Shown here: one piece after another, positions 42,875-56,189 of the stretch
Position numbering within the stretch: position 1 is the first letter of the stretch
How the letters are laid out: each line of letters begins with the position of its first letter
NCBI GenBank assembly: GCA_951406725.2
Contig: OX597839.1
Location: forward strand, 33,356,001-33,420,000
Reading direction: 5' to 3'
Length of the DNA stretch: 64,000 nt
DNA from: Octopus vulgaris
Taxonomy: Eukaryota
Program-made: the position numbers and the translations under genes
The notes under the pieces: generated by a model
Databases searched by the model: none
Seen by the model: only the letters and a program-made list of their open reading frames with translations
Told to the model about the DNA's origin: nothing

Positions 42875-43665
42875 ATGTATGTATGTATGTATGTATGTAT
42901 GTATGTATGTATGTATGTATGTATGTATGTATGTATGTATGTATGTATGTATGTATGTATGTATGTATGTATGTATGTGTGTGTGTATGTATGTCATTAT
43001 TCAGTTTTATTTCAAGATTTCTTGCCAATAGAGAAAGAGCTGGTTTCTAACCTTGATTCAATTCTCCTTCATCAAAATTTCAACAGGGTATTTTTTGTTT
43101 GTATGTATGTTTGTTTATATCTATGTGTGCAGATTTGTATGTTTTTCTTTGTGTATGTATTCTTATGTATATAGTTGCATATCTAGACATGCGCGTATAT
43201 ATTTAAATGATAAACTTCTGGAAAGTTTTACAGATTTTTACAGTTCCAGTGATGGATTGGATCTGTAGTCTTCCAACCAGAGTTCTCTTTTCTGGTTTTG
43301 AGAAGTTTAATTTTTCAAGACTGGTATTTAGGCAGTGTGTTACATGCCCTAATGTCTGTCTGTCTGTCTGTCTCTCTGTCTGTATGTATGTATGAGTGTG
43401 TGTGTATGTATGTATGTATGTATGTGTGTGTATGTATGTATGTATGTATGTATGAGTGTGTGTATGTATGTATGTATGTATGTATGTATGTATGTATGTA
43501 TGTGTGTGTGTATGTATGTGTGTATGTATGAGTGTGTGTGTGTATGTATGTATGTATGTATGTATGTATGTATGTATGTATGTATGTATGTATGTATGTA
43601 TGTATGTATGTATGTATGTATGTATGTATGTATGTATGTATGTATGTATGTGAGCATGTATGTAT
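42875..43665. repeat. (TATG)n microsatellite blocks
   Basis: Direct inspection. Confidence 0.93.
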
Positions 43666-43802
43666 GTGTGCGTGTATAACCAATGGTGGTTTCTTAATGC
43701 AACAGTAGCAGTGTCTAGCTGTTAGCTAATAACTTTCTTAAGTAATAATATTGTTATTTCATTATCTAACATTATCAATTAATAATATTGATTAACCCAA
43801 GC

Positions 43803-44110
43803 AAGGTGCATGATCTAGAGGTTTAGGTGTTGACTCACGATGTCTAGACTGTGGGTTCGATTCTCAAATCGAACTGCGCGTTGTGTTCTTGAGCAAAACA
43901 CTTCATTTAACGTTGCCCCAGTCCACTCAACTGTAAAAAGGGTAACCCTGCAACCGACTGGCCTTCCGATCAGGGGGGAATGTTGGCCTGTTTGCCTAGC
44001 CAGCGGGATGACATCATTCTTAAGCTAGAGCGATGCGAAGCGCATTGTGACCAGCGATGTATAACAGCACTCGATAGTCTGGTCGATACCAGTGATACCA
44101 TGCGATACCA
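43803..44110 (+). mobile_element. Older CORE-type tRNA SINE carrying tail type 2
   Basis: B box gggttcgattctc, CORE-like gttgtgttcttgagcaaaacactt, then ttggcctg...agccagcggg...gcgaagcgcattgtgaccagcgatgt as in 136-250. Confidence 0.72.
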
Positions 44111-44114
44111 CGAA

Positions 44115-45170
44115 TCAACAGTATAGCAATTTTGTTAGTTAACAGTACAACTGTTTTATCAGTTAACAATGTGGCTGTTTAGTTAGTGAACACTGTAACT
44201 GTTTTGCTGGTTAACAGTTTATATTTTGTTAGTTAACAAGGCAGATGCATCGTTGGTTAACAATGTAGCTCTTTGTTAGTTAACAGTATCGCTAAGTACT
44301 TGTTAACTGTATAACTGTTCCGGTTGTTAACATTTTGTTTTTGTAGTCAGCGGTCCAGCTGTTTTGTGGTTAACGATGTAGATGTATTATTAGTTAACGA
44401 GATAATGTTTTGTTAATTAACAACTTAACCCATTAAGTCCCACTATCCTATATGGATGGAAGCACTCCGTCGGTTACGACGATGAGGGTTCCGGTTGATC
44501 CGAATCAACGGAACAGCCTGCTCGTGAAATTAACGTGTAAGTGGCTGAGCACTCCACAGACACGTGTACCCTTAACGTAGTTCTCGGGGATATTCAGCGT
44601 GACACAGAGAGTGACAAGGCCGGCCCTTTGAAATACAGGTACACCAGAAACAGGAAGTAAGAGTGAGAGAAAGTTGTGGTGAAAGAGTACAGCAGGGATC
44701 ACCACCATCCCCTGCCGGAGCCTCGTGGAGCTTTAGGTGTTTTCGCTCAATAAACACTCACAGCGCCCGGTCTGGGAATCGAAACCGCGATCCTATGACC
44801 GCGAGTCCGCTGCCCTAACCACTGGGCCATTGCGCCTCCACTACTATCCTATAAATAGGACACTAAATGAGAACATTAAATAAACTATATCACAGTCTCT
44901 GTGTCCTATTTATAGGACACCGAGTATTTCCATTTCTACTCGAAGTAAAGGAGTTTTAATAATTTTTAAAAATTTTAACCTATTTTCAATCATTTGTAAA
45001 AATTTTAAAGTAATATTCAGAAATTAAAGTACACTGGGACTTAATGGGTTAATTATTATTTAACAGTGGAAGGTGTGTCGTTAGTTAACAGTTTAGTTAA
45101 TACTGTAGCGGTTTTGTTAGTTAACGATGTAGTTACTTTGTTAGTTAACACTGTTGTTAGTTAACAGTTC
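44115..45170. repeat. Diverged GTTAAC minisatellite of about 24 bp, split by a MITE
   Basis: gttaac-like cores at 44138, 44162, 44186 and 44210; array resumes at 45055-45170. Confidence 0.75.
44429..45048. mobile_element. piggyBac-type MITE with nested SINE A (44453-44842, minus)
   Basis: TTAA|cccattaagtccca ... tgggacttaatggg|TTAA; SINE TSD actatcctata. Confidence 0.88.
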
Positions 45171-45723
45171 ATGGCGTCCCGTAAACACGACTATAGAAGC
45201 ACCGGCGTTGTTTCTTCAAGATATTTTGGTATTTGTCTGACCATCCACGGGTCAACTTCTTCGCGAGACCTTTCACATGGTTTAACAGTTAAAGAATAAA
45301 GAAATGAAAAAACAGGCGAGTAATAAATATAATTCTATGATTTGGTACATTGGAATATGGTTATAAATTAACAGGAGGGTCCATCTGATGGAGTAATCGA
45401 ACCAAACACGTGACCGGTATTGATTTTATCGTCCTCAGTGTAAAGAGGAAATACAAAAGAAAAATGGACGCCAGCAACGTTTATGACACAGGATTATATT
45501 AAGATTTTTTGAAAATATATCAAAACGTGTTAAATATATTTAATATATTTTAATATATTTTAATATATTAAAATATAAAATCAAAAATATTCTTAATAAA
45601 TAAATAATATAAAACAATATACAAACAAAATATAATGAAAAATAACCAAAAGAATCACAAACAAGAGTTTATATCACTTCATTTGACTGCATTTCATAGT
45701 TTTTTCATTATTTTTAGATCTGT

Positions 45724-46785
45724 TCACACCTGGTTGTTGTTGCTGTATGAATCAATTTTCTGTCTGAGAGGCAGATCGCTCTCATTTTGGGAATGTATAC
45801 ACAGACATGCGCAATAAACTTCAAAGAAAGTGTTTCTGAATTTCTGACTCATGGTACAGTAAAGTACGAAGTTGATAGCATTGTTTACGAGAGCGATAAT
45901 GTCCATGAGGTCGCCGAGTGGTACGTAAATGAGGTCGAAGATGTTCGGTGTGGTGATGCTCATCACAATCAATATACCTTGGGGTAATTCAGTCACGAGA
46001 AACAGAACAATTACCGTCAACAGCATCTTCGTTGTTCGGGAATGTTCTGAGAGGCGAGTCCGATTGGCGCAAGATATCTGCATCATTTGCTTGCGCCGGC
46101 GCGTCTTTTCATGTATCTTATAAATAAGGAGACCTCCGAATATGAAGATGAGGACGCAAGGCAGCAACTTCCCTGTTATGGCGTACAGCCAATAGTTAAG
46201 AATTATTGCCGCCTGAGAGTCGGAATTGATCAAATTATCGTCAATGATCAGATAGACAGTTTGATTGTCCATCGTTGGTTTCTCGACGATTTTCTTCGTT
46301 ATGAAGTTTGGTGTCATCATTACGGCCGAAAAGACATAAATACTCATTATGAAGATCCGAGATAGTTTCAGCCGTCGTAACCGGACGTATTCTCCGCGGG
46401 CCGGCGACCTTAAATGAGCGTAGCGTATGATGGAGAGCAGAACACACAACCAGATCGATATGGTGTGTGTGGTGTTGACCAAGTTCAAATGGAAAAGCAT
46501 GAACCACGTCCAGCTTTTGTTGTTTTTGGTCGGTGACAGCTGCATCGGGTTATTTAAGATGTAAAAATGGATGGCAAACGGAACATAAGATACCATTGTG
46601 ATCATATCGGAAACAGCCAACCAACTGAGAATATTATTGACCGGAGTTCGCATATTCTTGCGAGATAAAACAGTAATGTTGAAAATACTGGTGACAATAC
46701 CGAACACACAAACACACGTACTCAAGTAACCATGGATGCCCGCATACCAAGTACCGAACGTCAATAATGAATGCGAATGCGTCAT
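45724..46785 (-). CDS. Class A (rhodopsin-like) neuropeptide GPCR, myosuppressin-receptor / DMSR-1 / sex-peptide-receptor-like family; intronless 353-aa ORF
   Basis: Seven hydrophobic segments with family motifs: HGYLSTCVCVFG (TM1), LAVSD (TM2), HTISIWLCVLLSIIRY (TM3), KLLPC (TM5), RTTKMLL..LFLVTELPQGIL (TM6), PLGDLMDIIALVNNAINFVLYCTMSQKFR (TM7/H8). No stops or frameshifts. The N-terminus is short, so an upstream exon cannot be excluded. Confidence 0.93.
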   Translation of the reverse strand: MTHSHSLLTFGTWYAGIHGYLSTCVCVFGIVTSIFNITVLSRKNMRTPVNNILSWLAVSDMITMVSYVPFAIHFYILNNPMQLSPTKNNKSWTWFMLFHLNLVNTTHTISIWLCVLLSIIRYAHLRSPARGEYVRLRRLKLSRIFIMSIYVFSAVMMTPNFITKKIVEKPTMDNQTVYLIIDDNLINSDSQAAIILNYWLYAITGKLLPCVLIFIFGGLLIYKIHEKTRRRKQMMQISCANRTRLSEHSRTTKMLLTVIVLFLVTELPQGILIVMSITTPNIFDLIYVPLGDLMDIIALVNNAINFVLYCTMSQKFRNTFFEVYCACLCIHSQNESDLPLRQKIDSYSNNNQV

Positions 46786-49103
46786 TTTGTAAAGATTGTT
46801 TTACATATATATATATATATGTGTATGTATGTATATATATATATATGTATGTGTATGTATATATATATATATATATATATATGTACGTATATCTTTATAT
46901 CTTTATTTTTATATCTTCCTTGGTCTCAGTGTATATATATATATATATAAATGCATAAATATATGTATAAATATGTATGTATGTATGTAGGTATGTAGGT
47001 ATGTAGGTATGTAGGTAGGTAGGTAGGTGGATAGGTAGGTATCTGTGTGTGTGTGTGTGTGTATGTATATAAAGTAGAGGCGCGTGTGCTGTGTGTGTAA
47101 CTTTGCGTGACGGAAGGTTTATATGCCTGTGCGATCACGTGTTATGAGTTGTTTTACATGTGTGTGTGTGTGAGTGTGTGTTGATTAGTTTTGAAGTGTG
47201 TGATGATGTTGTTGTTGTTTAACCCCAGGTCAGTTCTAATCCAGCAAGCCTATGATGAAATACATGGCATCGCAACAATTCCGTTTCTCTTCCTTTTCCT
47301 CATCAGATGTTCATTACCAATTTGCATTCCTTCTTTTTTTTTAAGAAAAAAAAAAAACACACACACAAAAAATAGCAAAAACGTTAAAGTGTGGTGGTTT
47401 GAAAGAAATTTGGATGCTATTTCTAGCAGATCAAGAGACCATATAGTGGCTTCCGGAATGGGAATGTATTAGTCCTTCAACATTCGGAGACCTCCATCAA
47501 ATGTTCTGCTTATCCATTCCCATTGTTTTAGATTAATTCCGGATTATCTCGTAGCTTTGAGATTCTGACAAGATTATTGTTTTATTTTAAGAATGACATT
47601 GTTGGGTATGTGTGAGAGGCCAGATTTGGCTGGTTTGAATATAAAACAAGTAGAATATTTGGACCCTGGGGGTATGACTAGTTTAAATACTAAAGGGATA
47701 CATGGATGTGGATGTACAATCCTTTGGCATTCAGTTTATTTCGCTGCCAAATGTAATCCTTATTCACATTGTTTGGAATTTCTCTTCATCTTCCAAATTT
47801 TGACGTCGCGATTGCATATTTTTAGGATGAACACTGCTGAGGAGACATCAGGGGCTGGATTTGGTTAGTTTGAACACAAAAGAGGGAGAATATTTGCGCC
47901 GGATATGTCCACTTTAAGGTGTATTGAAGTGCTTGTGTATTCGTTTTTATTCGCCGTGTCTGTGTGTCGATGTTAAATACTTTGTCAAATGTGCGGACGT
48001 GTTAGCATTTTTATTATCTTTAAGCGATATTTAAAAAATTTTTATCTTCTTCACGCTTTGTTATCATTTTTATTGTTGTTGTTGTTGTTGTTGTTACTAA
48101 TGGCGGTGGTGCTGGTGCTATTATCGTTACTGTTGTTTTCTTAAAAAAAAAATTATTTAGTGACATTAATAATGCAAAGAACTTTTGTTTCTTCCCTCCT
48201 TTTTATTTCAATTATATTTATTTGTCAAATTTATCTACTCTTTCTTTCTTCCTGCTCTTTCAATCTCTCTCTCCTTCTCTCTCTCTCTTTCTATTACTGT
48301 CTCAAAAGTATCTACTCCAGTGTTGTTTACCAATGTTTTTCACAACTGCAGCTGCTGCTTTAGCTAATGTTGCTGTTGTTGTTGCTGTTGTTGCTGTTTT
48401 TACTGCACTTGGAACTGTTTCCTCTATAGCTGAACTTTATGTTCATTCTGTTTATGTATGTTTTGAACGTGTATTATTAATTCTGTTGCCGCTGATATTG
48501 CTGTAAATCGGGGCTACTTTTGTTATTGTTGCGGCACCTATCGTTCTTGTTGTTATTGCTCCACTTAACACTATTGCTTCTGTAGTTGAACTTTATATTG
48601 ATTCTATTGATGTATTGTTGTTTTTTACTTGTTGTTGCTGCTGCTGTTATTGTTGGCGTAGTTGCTGTTATTGATGTCCTGTGCAGCATTTGATGGTGTT
48701 GTTATTGTTGTTGTTGTTCTCAATGATGTATTCTCTGTCTTGATGGTTTTGATTATTTATGTTGCTAGGAGCTGTCGTTTACATTCCTTTCTAACACTTC
48801 AAAATTATCCTGCATTTCTCTACCTATCTTCCTCTCTCTCTCTCTCTCCCTCTCTCCTTTCTCCCTACTTCTCTCTTTTACTTCCTCTCTTCCCTGTTTC
48901 TCCCTCTCTCTTTCTAACCCTTTTCTCTGTCTCTCCTTCCCGCTTTTTCTCCTTCATTCACGTCTCTCTCCCTTTCTCTCTTACAAACAATTTCCAACTG
49001 TTATAGAGACATACGCTTTCTCTCTGCCCCTTTCACTCTCCACACACTTTCCCCTTTACTTCCCTTTCAACCCTCTTACCCTCACCATCATCCACACTCA
49101 CTC

Positions 49104-49146
<43 letters not shown>

Positions 49147-49504
49147 CACACCGACTTTTTCTCTTTCAATCTCTCTCTCTTCTTCTCCCCCTCTGCCTCT
49201 CTTACTCGCTTTGTCTTTTTACTACCATTGCTACTCATACTCTACTACCATCTTTCTCACTCACACTTCCCCATTTCACTTTATATATGAGTGTGTGTGT
49301 GAGTGAGTGAGTCAGTGGGTGTGTGTATATATGCGTGAGCCTGTGTCTTTTGCACGTGTGTGTGTGTGTGTGACCGTGTCCGTGTCCGTGTGTGTTCTTG
49401 AGTATTTCTTCTCTTTATCTGTCTCTGTTGGTTTATATCCTATGTCAGTCATTTGTTCATTATAATTGGATCTCGATAATTGAATCACTGCAAAAATAAA
49501 AAGA

Positions 49505-49560
<56 letters not shown>

Positions 49561-49599
49561 TAATAATAATAATAATAATATAATGATAATAGTAAAAAA

Positions 49600-49957
49600 A
49601 ATATGGCATCTCAAAAATGTGGCATCTCAAGGCGACTACAGTACCAGTGATTGTAGGAGCTCTAGGAATGATAAAAAAAAGGTACTGAAATCTATTTGAA
49701 AATGATACCAGGCTTACTATCCCTATAAGAGGTGCAAAAAATCGTGTTAACTGGAACGACTCATGTACTGAGAAGAGCATTATCGCTGTGAAATCAACAT
49801 CCATTCTTGAATTTATTTATTTATTTATCTTTTAAATACATATTTTACCTGTGAATTTGTGTGTGTAATCTGGGAATGCATACAATGAGCTTCTCTGCCC
49901 TAGGTGTACAGAAAACACTCGGTGAGAAACAGAAGAAAATTTGAAGAAAGAAGGAAA
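49600..49957 (+). mobile_element. 5'-truncated R4/Dong element (subfamily X, decayed)
   Basis: Homologous to 35412-35760; (AAT)n on both sides. Confidence 0.82.
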
Positions 49958-49977
49958 TAATAATGATGATGATGATG

Positions 49978-50013
<36 letters not shown>

Positions 50014-50014
50014 T

Positions 50015-51335
50015 GTAATCTTGACAGAAAAATACAGAAATTGTTGACAATGCACCACCCTATGAAAGATGTAGAACGGTTTTACCTGGCATGAAAAGAT
50101 GGTGGCCGTGGACTTTTACAACTGGAATTAACAATGAAGATTGCCACAATTGGCCTAGACACCCACCTGAAAAACTCTGATGACTGGATTTTAAAACTTG
50201 TATTAAAGCATGAAAACAAGAAAGCATCATACCCAGTAACAAAACAGGGAAAGGAATATCTAAGTGAATTCCAAATAGAACAAATCCCAGAATTAGACGT
50301 ACTGGAAACAAGCAGAGAAAAAGCTAAACGTATGAAAACCCGTGCTAAAACTGCTGCCTTAGATATTCTTATTGATAAATGGCAAGAAAAACCTCTCAAT
50401 GGTAAATACCCAAAGAGAGCGAATAATGCCGATGTTGACAAAGCCGTTACCCATCAATGGTTAGTGTCTTCTGGCTTAAAATCAGAAGCAGAAGGGTTTA
50501 TCATAGCAGCCAAAGATCAATACTTACCTACAAGAAACTACCAGGCCAACATATTAAAGAAACGGCAGTAGCCCAACATGTGTATGTCAACAACAAAATG
50601 AAACCATTGATCATGTTGTCTCCATGTGCAGTCTTCTTCTTTCGCCAACAAAGTATCTCAGCAGGCATGATAGAACAGCACAATATATTCACAGGGTAAT
50701 TTGCAAAAGCCTGGACTTGCCCCGTGATAAAAACTTGTGGGAACACAAACCACCTCCAGTGCTTGAAAAAGATCACATCTCACTCCTCTGGAACTTCACC
50801 GTTCAAGCTGACAGAAAGATAGATGCGAATAGACCAGACATTATATTGAAAGACTTCAAACAAAGAACATGCCTCCTCATTGATATGACTGCCCCAATCG
50901 ATATAAAAACATCTGTCAAGACCTACCAAAAACTGAGCAAGTATAAAGATCATGAAATAGAAATTAGAAAAATGTGGAACCTGAAGACTAAAACAATACT
51001 TGTTGTCATAGGTGCCCAAGGAATGATAGCAAAAGGGGCTGATTGCTACCTAGCTCAGATACGAGGAAACCCCAAAATGGCAGAAATTCAAAAGATAGTG
51101 CTCATGGGAACTGCCCAGATCCTATGTAGAATACTTTCTATGTAATCTCATGTTTTAAAACAAACATAATTTTCTTATGGTTTCTTAAACATTCACTAGT
51201 ACAACACTATGTACAAAACCAAATATTTGGCACCCTAGGCATAACACAAACACGAACTTCTAACTTGTCTCTTGAGGTCTCTGGGTGAGACTTGGAGTCA
51301 ACTTGTGCAAATGCTAAGCAAAATTCAAACATAAA
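50015..51335 (+). pseudogene. R4/Dong non-LTR retrotransposon (subfamily Y), 1.3-kb 3' portion: thumb-adjacent region, zinc-knuckle relic and restriction-like endonuclease; frameshifted
   Basis: GGRGL-like motif near 50100; WQEKPLNGKY...GLKSEAEGFIIAAKDQYLPTRNY; YLSRHD; WEHKP; ANRPDIILKD; CLLIDM; KLSKYKD; QKIVLMGTAQIL; (TAA)n flanks. Confidence 0.9.
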
Positions 51336-51336
51336 A

Positions 51337-51456
<120 letters not shown>

Positions 51457-51600
51457 TAATAATAATAATAATAACAACAGTCCTTATCACATTAGTGATA
51501 ATAATAATCATAACAATATCAATAATAATTATGACAGCAATAATAATAATAATACTACTGATAAAAAAATATTAATAAATATAGGAGAGTTTATGTGTGG

Positions 51601-51647
<47 letters not shown>

Positions 51648-51979
51648 AGTGAGAAAATTGAATTGGTCAAGGTTACAAATGAACGAGATTAATTCAATAT
51701 TTGAAGAAGGCGAACGACACAGGTGAGCGAGAATGAGCTTTAATGAAGCCACAAAGGCAGGACAAGTGTGTAAGTGGCGAAATTTATAACAAATTTGTGA
51801 GAAACCATTGGAGATGAAGGTAGAAGATTCATCATCCTCTTCGTGTTTTCTGTGAGTGGTGGTGGTGGTGGTGGTGGTGGTGGTGGTGGAAGGAATGAGG
51901 GTAGAAGCTCAAGATGTGCCATGCCGTGTCATCATTTTAAAGGACCTCCTTAAGTTCTGGCTTTGACGGAGTCAAGGAG

Positions 51980-52512
51980 TGGTGGTGGTGGTGGTGATGT
52001 GCGTGGGTGGGGTATCGTAGTGACGTTTTATTTCGTCGCGTCGTCGTCGTCGACGTTCTCACCCTCGTCATCCTCTTTCTACTCCTCCTCCGCCTCCACC
52101 ACCTCCTCCTCCTCCGCCACCACCTCCTCCTCCTCCTCCTCCTCATCATCATCATCATCATTATCATCATCTTCAGCAGCAGTGTCGTTCGTGTGATCGT
52201 CGCCATCAACATTATCATCATCATCATCATCATCGCCATCACCGCCAGCAAAACAGCGCCGCCGCCGTTGTCATCATCATCATCATCATCGTCGTCACCG
52301 CCATCATTATCAACATCGTTGGCGTCGTTGTGGCCTTTATCCTCCTCCTCCTTCTCCTCCTCCTCCTCCTCCTCCTCCTCCTCATCATCATCATCATCAT
52401 TATTATTATCATTATCATTATCCTCAAAATCCTTAAAATGTTTTAGCCCGAAGGCCGCGGCCATTATTATTATTATTATTATTATCATTATTATTATTAT
52501 TATTATTATTAT
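51980..52512. repeat. Compound trinucleotide region (CCT/CAT/ATT)
   Basis: Direct inspection. Confidence 0.9.
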
Positions 52513-53354
52513 CTTTCTTAATGTCTAAGAACATTTCCTTTTCAATCCTAGGGGAGTCGATCTTTATCCAGCTCTGACTAATCCTAAATTCTTCCAGAAA
52601 GATAGAGAAAGAGACAGAGAGGCCGACAATCAGCGAGAAAGAAAGTGTGAGAGAAAAAGAAGAACCAGGCTCCGGTGCAGGACTGGTACTTTCTTTATCG
52701 ACCCCCGAAAGAAATGAAAGACAAAGTTGGCCTAGGCGGGATTTGAACTCCGAGCGTAGAGAACTGCAACGATCTCAACAAAGCAATCAACTCGACATTC
52801 AAACGACTCAGTCAATCGACCCACAGGAAGCCTGCTGCTTTTTCTATCCAATATTCACAAGCTATTATTTATAGCATTATTTACTTCGAATTTCTCCGTT
52901 CCAAAACATAAATTATTTCACGTTCTCCCGAAGTTTCTAAGTTCTTTACGATGTCAAAAAATAAAAAATATATGTTTATAGGAGTATTTAGACTTGCTAC
53001 TTTGTTTGTACCTGTCGTATATGATCAATTAGCTTCATCGAAGCCATACTAATCACAGGAGTGTAAATCAGAAATCGGAGCCGAATTTTTATCAGTAATT
53101 AGGTAATTCAATGCCGTTTAAAGCAATAAATATTTGAAACGAAAATGGTAAATACGGTAATGAAAATGTCTTCCAGAAGTTGATTTATGCAGGCAAAACA
53201 TTCAGCAGAAATTTGATATGACTTTAATTAGGTGTGAAATCGTAAGCACTTCAGCTCGGAAGAAAAAAGAAAAGTTCATTAAAAATCTTAGATAATCTCC
53301 AACCGATGTTGATTATCTTCAGCGCCGAATAAACCATTCTATAACCATCAGAGA

Positions 53355-53382
53355 TTCATCATCATCATCGTCGTCATCGTCG

Positions 53383-53414
<32 letters not shown>

Positions 53415-53502
53415 GCTGTTCGTAATTGCACATCCTCCTCTTCCTCCGCCGCCTACTCTTCCTCCTCCTTGTCATCATCATCATCATCGTCATCATCGTC
53501 AG

Positions 53503-53533
<31 letters not shown>

Positions 53534-53579
53534 GTCATACTCCTCCTCCTCCTCCTCATCATCATCATCGTCGTCGTCG

Positions 53580-53619
<40 letters not shown>

Positions 53620-53669
53620 GATCCTCATCATCGTCGTCATCATCATCATGATCCTCATCATCGTCGTCG

Positions 53670-53719
<50 letters not shown>

Positions 53720-53762
53720 GTCATCATCATCATTGTCATCGTCGTCATCATCGTCATTATCG
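53355..53762. repeat. (CAT)n/(CGT)n/(CCT)n array
   Basis: Direct inspection. Confidence 0.93.
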
Positions 53763-54379
53763 TTCGTAATTCCATATTTCTTGATTGACTCAACGATCCA
53801 TTCCCAGGTCAGTCTCCGTGATGAGAACCTTTCCTTTCATGTCTGGCTTTCCCCCACCCCAACCCCACCGTACCCCTCTGTCCCAGCTTCCTGCTGCTCC
53901 CTTTCATCTTCATTTATGACCCTTCAACATTCCATTCGTACCAATATCCAAATGATCGCAAAAACACACGAAAGTCCGCCAGGAATTACTGCTATGGCAG
54001 TGTCCTTTTTTTGTCATCTGCCATTCTCACCTAAACACTTCCCCAGAGTTTTGCTGATAATCTAAATTCATTCCAGACATGCAACAAACTTTTCCAGTCT
54101 TTTTTTTTTCCTGTTTTCTAAATGCTAAACTTTCTTCCTCCATTTTTTTCAACACCCGCCATTACAGTGAACTTCGACTACGAACAAAAATGTTTTGTGA
54201 TTTTTCTTCCGGCTCTTGACGTTCTGAGTTCAAATGCTATCGAGATCGACCTTGCCTAAGACTCTTTCAGGGCAGCGCTGGATTAACCATTAAGTAAAAC
54301 AAGCACGTATTTAGGGCATCATGGGAAGAGAAGGATGGGGCACCGCAGAAATGGTAAATGGTTCACAGCACAAAATAAA

Positions 54380-54782
54380 TTACTCTCTCTTTTACTTGTT
54401 TCAGTCATTTGACTGAGGCCATGCTGGAGCATCGCCTTTAGTCGAGCAAATCGACCCCGGGACTTATTTTTTCTGTAAGCCCAGTACTTATTCTATCGGT
54501 CTCTTTTGCCGAACCGCTTAGTGACGGGGACGTAAACACACCAGCATCGGTTGTCAAGCAATGCTAGGGGGACAAACACAGACACACAAACATACATATA
54601 CATATATATACATATATACGACAGGCTTCTTTCAGTTTCCGTCTACCAAATCCACTCACAAGGCATTGGTCGGCCCGGGGCTATAGCAGAAGACACTTGC
54701 CCAAGATGCCACGCAGTGGGACTGAACCCGGAACCATATGGTTGGTTAGCAAGCTACTTACCACACAGCCACTCCTGCGCCT
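54380..54782 (-). mobile_element. SINE family B, full length
   Basis: Reverse complement of the 11545-11925 architecture; a further partial plus copy at 55100-55265. Confidence 0.9.
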
Positions 54783-55265
54783 ATGGTTTATTTGTTTATA
54801 TTTTATATTACATATATTCTGTTGTGTCTGGGAAGAGTCATTCTCTTTTAGTGCCTTATAATTTAACACACGCACCGGTAAAATTTCCACTCATTTCCTT
54901 GTTTATTTTTCTAATATGGAGACAGCAAAATCCTATAAGTGTTTGGGACTTCTATGGGTCTTAATCTGGTCCCATTTCAGAGTCGCAAAAATAAGTACCA
55001 GCTGAGCACTGGTTGTGTTCTAAAAACTATAAAGAATATTTCAGCAACAACCATTTGGGTTTGTAGTTGTACCTGAACGTCAATTCACTTAAGAAATTTC
55101 TCGGTGGCTGCGCGGTAAGAAGCCTACTTCCCAGCCACATGGTTCAGGGTTCAGTCCCACTGTGTGACACCTTGGGCAAGTGTCTTCTACTATAGGCTCG
55201 GACCAACCAAAGCCTTGTGAGTGGATTTGGCAGACGGAAACTGAAAGAAGCCTGTCATATATATG

Positions 55266-55331
<66 letters not shown>

Positions 55332-55576
55332 CTTTCTCAAAACTTGTGCCTCTCATTTTGTCTTTCCCTCATTTTCACTTACTCGTCATTCATATATATA
55401 TACACACACACACAAATACACACACATGTATATTTACATACACACACGTATATGTATATATATATATATATATATAAAGTTAATCCAAACAAGAAAACAA
55501 AAACCAAAAAACAACAACGCAAGGACGGAACAAACAAAAGAATTATTGGACGCTCAGGAAAGAAGGGAAGAAGGAG

Positions 55577-55613
55577 GATTTGACGTTTCGAGCGGAGCTT
55601 TTCGTCGGAAACA
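55577..55613 (-). ncRNA. Degenerate minimal hammerhead motif in a Penelope-like fragment (55476-55670)
   Basis: gttt-CCGACGA-a-aagc[tcc]gctc-GAAA-cg-TC-aaat; same layout as 18029-18066. Confidence 0.45.
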
Positions 55614-56189
55614 CAGGAGAAGGAAAGATCCCGAGAAGGGAAGACAGGGGAAAATAAATCGCTAGTGATACAGTGTTTGCATATATGTATATATATTTTA
55701 TGTGCACACATATATACACACACACACGTATATGTATATATACACATATACATATATTGTTTGCATATATGTATATATATTTTATGTGCACGTACACATA
55801 CACACACACACACACACACACATGTTCATATATATATATTCTATCTCCTGAGTTTGAATAAAAACCCATCTGTTCAAATTTAAATGTTTTACATAAAACC
55901 AAAATCGAATATCTGCTGAGTCATGCAAATTACCTGAAATTATTTTAAAAACCGTTCGACAGTGAAAAGATAATTATTTATAATATTAGATAAATATATT
56001 AGCGAGAATATCACTCATTCCATTGAAGTTATTTCAAAGAAAAACGAATAAATATTTCAGTTGATTTAAATTAATTATTTTTGACAGCTAAAACACTAAA
56101 TGATCTTAATGGAATTAAGATAGTGATTTTTAGAAGTAAAAAAATAATTAAAATATTTCAAACAGTCACTGGGTAATCAATAAATTCTA

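Noticed and set aside
45787-46507. Overlapping short ORFs within the GPCR
   Set aside because: Shadow ORFs of the real CDS with no independent features
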